64,000 bases of DNA from contig OX597828.1 in NCBI GenBank assembly GCA_951406725.2, positions 63,550,001 to 63,614,000 on the forward strand, read 5' to 3'. Below, piece after piece: positions 55,344 through 64,000 of the stretch (positions are counted from its first letter, which is position 1; each line of letters starts with the position of its first letter). The translations under genes and the position numbers were made by a program. Below the pieces are notes generated by a model that was not told the DNA's origin, searched no databases, and saw only the letters and a list, made by a program, of their open reading frames with translations. Source of the DNA: Octopus vulgaris. Lineage: Eukaryota.

Positions 55344-55374
55344 AAAAGAATTTGAATAACACCTGCGTTTAACT

Positions 55375-55451
<77 letters not shown>

Positions 55452-55581
55452 AAAAATACAAACTTGGACAAGAACGCAAAACATTTAGAAGACGATACAA
55501 AAAAACACGGACGGGACATTCGAAGCCTTCAATCTTCAGTCAAGAACCAGATCATCCTCGCAATTTCGGCTGATTAATCTT

Positions 55582-55700
<119 letters not shown>

Positions 55701-56960
55701 TTAGGGATTATATCCAAACTTACCGGGAAAAATTAGATTTAGGATTAATTCAAATTTCACAGTATGAATATAAATTAAATTAACAATCAGTAGTTATATA
55801 GTATACAATATAATACAATAAAACTTATTAAAATAATTTAAAATCATAAATAGAAAAGGTTTACTTAGCTTTCAAAATCGTGTCATTAACTAATATTTTA
55901 AAACGGAAAACGTTTTGGTTAATTAATAAAAAAAAAGTTAAAAATATAAGAATTAAAAAATTTAAATTGTAAATTTTATATTAATTATCTTTATATTTTT
56001 TGTTATTTATGTATTGGTTTATGTCTATCACTGCTTGAGTTGCCTCATAGTGGTTTTATCTCTAATATAATATATATATATATATAATATATATCTTTAT
56101 GGATCATCTTTTACCCAATGAAGGTGATATGAACAAGAGCAAGCTTATTAAGCATCAGCGCCACCTGGAAGGGTACACGTCAGCGAATCACGTGACAAAC
56201 GTTGGTGGTCTGAAAAAACATATTGTACAACCATACATACAAATGTTTGTATACATACATGTGTGTGTGTACAAGCCTATATATGCATATATTTGTATAT
56301 AAGTTTGTACGTATATACATATATACACGTATATATACATACATGTATGTGTGTAGGTATTGTGTACTTTAGGCGAGTTACAGTAGCAATAAGATACCAC
56401 GTGAAATGGCAGTCGTTCGTTTGAATATTATTGTCAAACAATAAATTCTTTCATTAATTAATGATTAGTTTGTCATAAGGTATTCGTTACACAACTGTGG
56501 CCTTCTAAACGATTTCAATGATTCAGGGGTTTTTCCTCATTCGCATCTTAAACCGTCCACGGCACAACGATATCGCTTTCACCATACACGGCTTCGGATG
56601 GAATATCTGCGAAATCACATTACACACGCGCACGCTTAGACATACTCACACACTCATACATACATGCACATACACACACACAAGCACACGCATGCAAATA
56701 CATACATATATATATACACACATGTATGTATTTATACGAATATGTATATGTGTGTGTGTGTGTGTGTATATGTATATGTACATAAAAATATATACAAATA
56801 TATACCTATAATAAAAAACATGAGAGGAGGGTGGGAGAAAAAGAAAGAAAGAGAGGAGGAGGAGAGAAAGACAGAATCAAGAAATCGGTAATAATGAGGA
56901 AAATTTAGTTTCTTGTAAGCAGAATCATCGGGGTTTCTTGTCGATCATTGCATCACACAC

Positions 56961-57021
<61 letters not shown>

Positions 57022-57213
57022 GTGTGTGTGGTTGTTTACGTAAATAAGTTTCTATCTTTAGCTCTCCCTCCCTCTCTTTTCCTTGTCTATCTGTCTTTCT
57101 CTCCCCCCCCCCCAACAGATATAATTTTACGTATTCTGCAGAAATCTTAAAATTTGTTTTAACTAAACTCAGTTCTACTCCTTCGTGTCTTGCTGCTGCT
57201 GCGGCTGCTGCCG

Positions 57214-57295
<82 letters not shown>

Positions 57296-58209
57296 ATGCT
57301 CTATTGTCTTACAACCCTAATTGCTACACACTGATATGTCATCGCCCTCTTTTCACCGATCTTGCAGAGGAAGCAAGAATTTTGTTGACCAGAAACAGAA
57401 CACATTGCATTGGTTTCCAGTTTCCTTCAATAAAAGTTACTCCCAGGATTCTCCCGAGAGACGATTGCAACCCAGCTTAGCTCAGCATCTCCAAGATAAC
57501 AAAACCGAACTGGAGACATTTATACGGTTACCAAAGGTGACTGCATCAATAAACTAACCCCTACCTCCACAGAGCACCATATAATGTCAAATGTATTGTT
57601 GTACCACATGGTGGTACCTATTTACAGTTAAGTGTATTGGGTGTGTAACATTTTGGTACATACATTTTGGCGCAGCCTGTTTGGCGTTGATTCGTCGTTG
57701 ATGCGGCGCTGAATAATTTGATATCAGACGGTAGTGTTCTTCAAATTTCTTATGGCGAACTGGAGGGCATCAACCGTTCCGAGTTGAGCAGATTTTCGCA
57801 GAATTTGGATCCCTGTCCATTGATGCTCTACAACATCTATGTAGAGCATCTAACTTCCTGCTTTTCCCTACCTGTTCCGGTTTTTATTCACCCTTTGTCT
57901 TCTCATTCTACTTTTATGCATCAAACTTCTCTTCTTTTCTTGTGATTTCTTGTGTACCAGCGTCCAGATTTTCAAATAGATCAAACCACGTGCCCAGAGC
58001 CTGAAGATTGCTTGGAGACACGAGAAACGTTATAAAAACCTGCCAAACCACCAAGAAACTATTAGAAGCCCTTATTTAAACACAGTGTATACCAAATGAT
58101 GTTTATCTCTCGCTGGATGGAATGGCTTTTTTTTGTTATTACTTTCACAAAACTCACTCGCTCTCTCTCTCCCTCACTCTCTCCCTCTCTCTCTATCTAT
58201 CTATCTATC

Positions 58210-58303
<94 letters not shown>

Positions 58304-58709
58304 CAGAGAGAGAGTATGTGTGTGTGTGTGTGGTAGCGGTGCTGGCTGCATTGTTGCTTTCAAGCACAATAAAAGGAACAGTGGCGACCTCAAAAACATC
58401 ATCATCGTTAACATCCAAAAATTAACCCCCCTCACTACAAGAAAAACTACTTCCACGACCACCTGCAGAAGCAGAAGCAGCAACAACACCATCACCACCA
58501 CCACCACCACCACCATCATCATCAAGAACAACCAGCTCTAATACCATACCCACTCCACCAACATTAACAACAACAACAACAATGTAACTGGCACAAAAGC
58601 AACAACAACAAAAGAGACGAGCAAGAATAACACTGCAGGGGCCGTGTAGTGTATGGAGTTGCCAGTTATCAGGTCAGAGAGACATCATGCAATGTTTTGA
58701 CAATATGGC

Positions 58710-58710
<1 letters not shown>

Positions 58711-58773
<63 letters not shown>

Positions 58774-58838
58774 TGATGATGATGATAGTAATAATGATGA
58801 TGATAATGATGATAATGATAATAATAATGATAATAGTG

Positions 58839-58921
<83 letters not shown>

Positions 58922-59072
58922 TATGGTTTCTTAAAAATTCACTAGTACAACACTAAGTACAAAACCAAATATATGGCATTCTAGGCATAACACTTCCAGG
59001 TTGTTGTCTCTTGAGGTCTCTGAGTGAGAGTTGGAGCCAACTTGTACAAATGTAAAGCAAAAGTCAAACATA

Positions 59073-59147
<75 letters not shown>

Positions 59148-59180
59148 TAATAATAATAATAAAAATAATAGTAATAATAA
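58711..59180. repeat. (TAA)n/(TGA)n tracts enclosing a ~150-bp unique island (possible non-LTR 3' end)
   Basis: Direct reading; island 58922-59073. Confidence 0.8.
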
Positions 59181-59724
59181 TGATGCTACATTTGAAAAAC
59201 GAAATAAGATTTTAATGATGTTTCTGTGAGTTTACGTGTGTGTATGTGTGTGTGTGTGTGTGTGTGTATTTTAAATGGTTGTTATAACTCTTTCATGATG
59301 TAATTGTGTTTTAGTCAACAACAACGCAGTCCGAGATCACATCACGTGACAAACAATTAGAACTCAATAATACATACATGCAAACATATGTGTATGTGTG
59401 TGTATATATAAATATATATGTATTTACAATATAGATGTATATATATGCATATATATATATATATGTGAGTGTGTGTGTATGAGTGTATGTGTGTGTGTGT
59501 GTGTGTATACATATATATGTATATATATGTATATATGTATATATGTATATATATATATATATGATATACATATGTATATGTATATATATATATGTATATG
59601 TATGTATATATGTATAAATATATATATATATATTTATATATATATATGTATATATATATATCTATATATATATACATGTATATATGTATATATATCTATC
59701 TATATATATATATACATATATATA

Positions 59725-59980
59725 CGTGTATATATATGTATATTTATGTATATATATACATGTATATATGTATATTTATGTTTATATATACGTGTATATA
59801 TGTATATTTATGTATATATATACATGTATATATGTATATTTATGTTTATATATACGTGTATATATGTATATTTATGTATATATATACATGTATATATGTA
59901 TATTTATGTATATATATACATGTATATATGTATATATATGTATATATATACATGTATATATGTATATATATGTTTATATA
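59725..59980. repeat. 32-bp minisatellite within a TA/TG field
   Basis: CRTG anchors at 59759, 59791, 59823, 59855, 59887, 59919, 59951. Confidence 0.8.
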
Positions 59981-60985
59981 TATATATATGTATATCTATA
60001 TGTATCCGCGTGTGCCTGTGTCTGTGTATATATACATATATACTCATAAATAAAGATGGAAATATATATATATATTTGTGTGACTGTTTGCATGTGTGTG
60101 TGTAGCACTAAATTTGCCAATCATTTGTATTCACCCATCCATGTAATTTAGTTGCCGTGGAAATGTTTTAAACATGAAAATATATCAGCCTTAAATTCTG
60201 TATGATAGGAAATGGTTCGCGTTAAATAGCTGTATTGATGGAAGCAGAGAATTACCGGCATTTCTAGTACCCCCAACCCCGCGCAAAAAAAACAGAAAAA
60301 GAAAGAAAAGAAAGATTATATAATCAGCATAAAGTTATGGGATTTTTCTTTATATTATGACCCTTAAATCAATAACTAGTATTCATTGGATTCATTGCGT
60401 GTCAATGTGTCCCCTAATGAAGAAATAGGGGTATGTTTTCCTTATTTTTAAATTTATATTTGTATTTTTTCTTTAAACCGGGAATTGGTGTCTCACGAAG
60501 AAGCCAAAAAATCAATCATTGCAGTTTGGATTACAGCAACAATAAATATTAAGCATCGGACTTCAAGAAAGTCTTGTATATTTTTACTGTTCCACTTAGA
60601 GATTGCATTTGTAACGTTTGTGCGCTTACACTACTTATGTATGTGTATGTATGTATGTGTGCGTGTATGCATGCATGTATGTATGTATGTATGTATGTAT
60701 GTATGTATGTATGTATGTATGTATGTATGTATGCATGCATGTATGTATGTATGTGAATATGCGTGTATGCATGTATGTATGTGTGTATGTATATATTAGC
60801 GTGCATACATGCGTGTATGTATATATATGTGTGTATGCATGCATGTATGTATACTGACATATACATATATGTATGTGTATATCTATATATAAATATTATA
60901 TTTATGAATATTTACACATTCATATATATATCTAGATACATACACATGTATTCATACACGAATATATATGTATAGACACATTATG

Positions 60986-61063
<78 letters not shown>

Positions 61064-61127
61064 CGTGTGTATGTGTGTTTGTATGTGTAGTTATATAAGT
61101 ATATGCATATACATACATAGATATAAA

Positions 61128-62026
61128 TTGGGCTCCGAAATTAAGGCAGCCAAAGTTTCGGGCTTTAATAACTAAATGTGATATGAGAATTATAAAAGTT
61201 AAGTGTCTCCTTTATTGTTTCAGACTAAATAAATTAGATAATGGCTATAGACCGAAATACAATCATAAGCCTCCACAAAGGAGGCGAAAGTAATTCAGCT
61301 ATAATTAAAACAACAAAAAAAAAAACGGTTTAAAATTAACCGAACAATAGTCTGGGAAATTCTCAAGAAATTTCAAGAGACTTTGGAGTGTATCTGGCTC
61401 CGTCGAGAGTAAACTCGTAAATCGATGTCAAAATCCAGAGTCAGTTATGGTTTGGGCGGCGGCTGTGACAGCCACTAGAAAGTCACACTTGGCTTTTGTA
61501 TCTTTGTGTGTTAAAATTGACAAGCGGCGATACACTAGCGACATTGTGAAAGCTGAACTGCATCCATAGCTGAATGAGCACTTTCAAGGAGCACCTTGGA
61601 GCCTCCAAAACGACTCGGCACCATCCCACAGATCGAAACAGACACAATAATGGATTCAGAAAAACATTCCGTCGTTCTTAGGCAAAGAAATATGGCCCTC
61701 AAGAAGCCACGATCTCAATCTGTTGGATTTTCTGTTTGGTCCATTCTGGAGACGAGGGTCTCGAGCTCTCCTCATGCTTCGCTCGTTGCTCTGAAGGCAG
61801 GAATGGGCTTCGATTCCGCAAGAACAGCTGCGTGCCGGGGTGTGAAAAATTCGCAGCTAGACTTCAGGCTATGATTTGAAATAAAGGTGGTCATGTCCAA
61901 TAAATGTAGTAGTGTCATAATTGTGTTTCCTTTACCATTTTGATTGCAACGATCGCGCCCGGAATATAATATCTTGCTTTGGCAAAATTGAAAAAAGTTG
62001 GTTGTCTTAATCTTGGGACACGCTGG
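61128..62026 (+). mobile_element. Decayed maT/DD37D-like transposon
   Basis: SVMVWAA, QNDSAPSH, WPSRSHDLN..DFSVWSILE; diverged TIRs ATTAAGGCAGCCAA / TTGGTTGTCTTAAT. Confidence 0.8.
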
Positions 62027-62315
62027 CAAGGACAACATAGAGTCAACCTTGGTCAGCTTGACATCCTCATTTTATCCAAACACCCAGACAAAAACAGTAG
62101 TATGTCGTGATAAATGAAACATCACCAGAACTAAATAGGAAACATACGTAGAAGGTAGTCATACCCCTATATCCACAGTTTATATATATATATATACGAG
62201 TGTGTTAAATAATAAAGCACTAAAAGAGAATGACTCTGGCTAGACACAACAAAATATGCTTCAACATACGAGCTCAAATAAAGATTCTTGCAAACCAAAT
62301 CCCAAAACGAAATGG

Positions 62316-62358
<43 letters not shown>

Positions 62359-62584
62359 TAAATAAATGGAGTTTAACGCAGGTGTAAATCAAATATTTTT
62401 ACATATATATATATACATACATATATATATATACATATATATATACATATATATATATATGTATATATATATATACATATATATATGTATATATATATGT
62501 ATATATATATATATAAATATATATAACATTATTGGTGAATTGAAGAAATGGAGCTGAACGCAGATTGAACAGAAATCGTTTTAT

Positions 62585-62620
<36 letters not shown>

Positions 62621-63019
62621 GTATATATGTGTACTGTCGTTACTGTCCTGTTTTTTTACCATTTTTTTACCATTTTTTACCCCTCTGCGAAAAGATCTCA
62701 GAATTTTAATTGATTTGCTTTTCGCAGGAAGGAAAGTTTCTTGTCGAAGATACGTCTCGCTTTTATCCTTCGAAACGTAGAGTAGATGAAACCTTAGCGA
62801 CTGAAGAAGGGGTTTTTTCGTTGCGTTAATTGTCCTGTACTCCATTTTTTGTTGTTTTTAAAAAAATGTCCTGTTCCTTTGGTTTGTGTCTATGTTTTCG
62901 TTTCTCTTTGTGTTCGACGTCCCTTTGGTGTCCTGTACTCATATATGCGTGTATATGTACATGTAGAGGTAGGTACGTACATATATGTTTATATATATGC
63001 ATATGTTTTATTTCATTTA

Positions 63020-63067
63020 TTAATATATATATATATATATATGTATATACATATATATATATATATA

Positions 63068-63148
<81 letters not shown>

Positions 63149-63223
63149 ATATATATGTATGTATATATGTATATATGTATATATATATGTATATATATAT
63201 GTATATATATATACGTATATATG

Positions 63224-63258
<35 letters not shown>

Positions 63259-63520
63259 GTGTATATATATATGTATATATGTATATATGTGTATATATGT
63301 ATATATGTGTATATATATGTATATATATATATATGTATATGTATATATGTCTCTCTCTCTATATATATATATGTGTATATATATATATGTATATATATGT
63401 ATATATATGTATATATATATGTATATATATGTATATATATGTATATATATATGTATATATATATGTATATATATATGTATGTATATATATATATATATAT
63501 GTATGTATATATATGTATAT

Positions 63521-63561
<41 letters not shown>

Positions 63562-63592
63562 TATATATGTATGTATATATGTATATATGTAT
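63020..63592. repeat. (TA)n/(TATATG)n microsatellite
   Basis: Direct reading. Confidence 0.95.
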
Positions 63593-63741
63593 ACAAAAAG
63601 CAATAAAGATTCAAGTTAATTTAAATGAATTTACTTGAATATGGTACCTAACTTAGATGCACCAAAAAAACTATACTGTTTTAACAATACAGTAATGTGG
63701 GGTGATTATAAGCGAGAAAGAAGCAACAAGAATGGATAGGT

Positions 63742-63832
63742 TTTTAGTACAATCGTTTCATACAAGGACAGGCTTTATTAAAAGTTGTAAAAATTACAGC
63801 ATATAAACGTGTCCTGTACTCATCAGCTAAAA
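63742..63832 (-). ncRNA. Type I hammerhead ribozyme motif
   Basis: TTTTAG-CTGATGA-GTACAGGACA...TGTCCTTGTAT-GAAAC-GATT-GTA-CTAAAA. Confidence 0.82.
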
Positions 63833-64000
63833 TACATGTGAGTTCTCTAGACATCCTATTGGTTGAGGTTATACTCATGAAGTAGATAATTAAGTAACAT
63901 AAACAGATTTCACCTTCTCTGTGATACTGTTAAAACTTTTTAAAAAATTCTGTGATAAGACTGTACATCATCTTTAAAGAACTTTAATGAACTTTGGAAA

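Noticed and set aside
62765-62812. Type II hammerhead (GAAACGTA...CTGAAGA); similar order at 55520-55570 minus
   Set aside because: Helix I cannot be closed next to the core and helix II pairing is weak.

Overview
AT-rich, microsatellite-saturated animal genomic DNA. The SINE families, (TA)n/(CATA)n/(CA)n load and 5S sequence suggest an octopus or other coleoid cephalopod; this is inferred from recognition, not from a database search. No complete protein-coding gene is present, and nearly all ORFs in the track are microsatellite translations. The only host-gene candidate is a minus-strand promoter, first exon and signal-peptide-like start running off the left edge. The rest is a patchwork of decayed mobile DNA: three tRNA-derived SINE families, non-autonomous Helitrons (including a tandem 2.2-kb composite), RTE and R4/Dong-type (RLE) LINE fragments, four Tc1/mariner-superfamily relics and a 5S rRNA pseudogene. 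A 10.2-kb near-identical duplication spans a 100-N gap and is probably a haplotype or assembly overlap. The main signal is a dense set of protein-less elements, mostly sitting in (TA)n tracts, that carry type I hammerhead ribozyme (HHR) motifs with self-complementary helix III, as in Penelope-like pLTRs and retrozymes. They include a 596-bp tandem-plus-inverted unit with three intact-looking HHRs (a candidate circular-RNA retrozyme) and an HHR fold with a swapped G3-C8 core pair. All RNA folds were read by eye and no activity is demonstrated.
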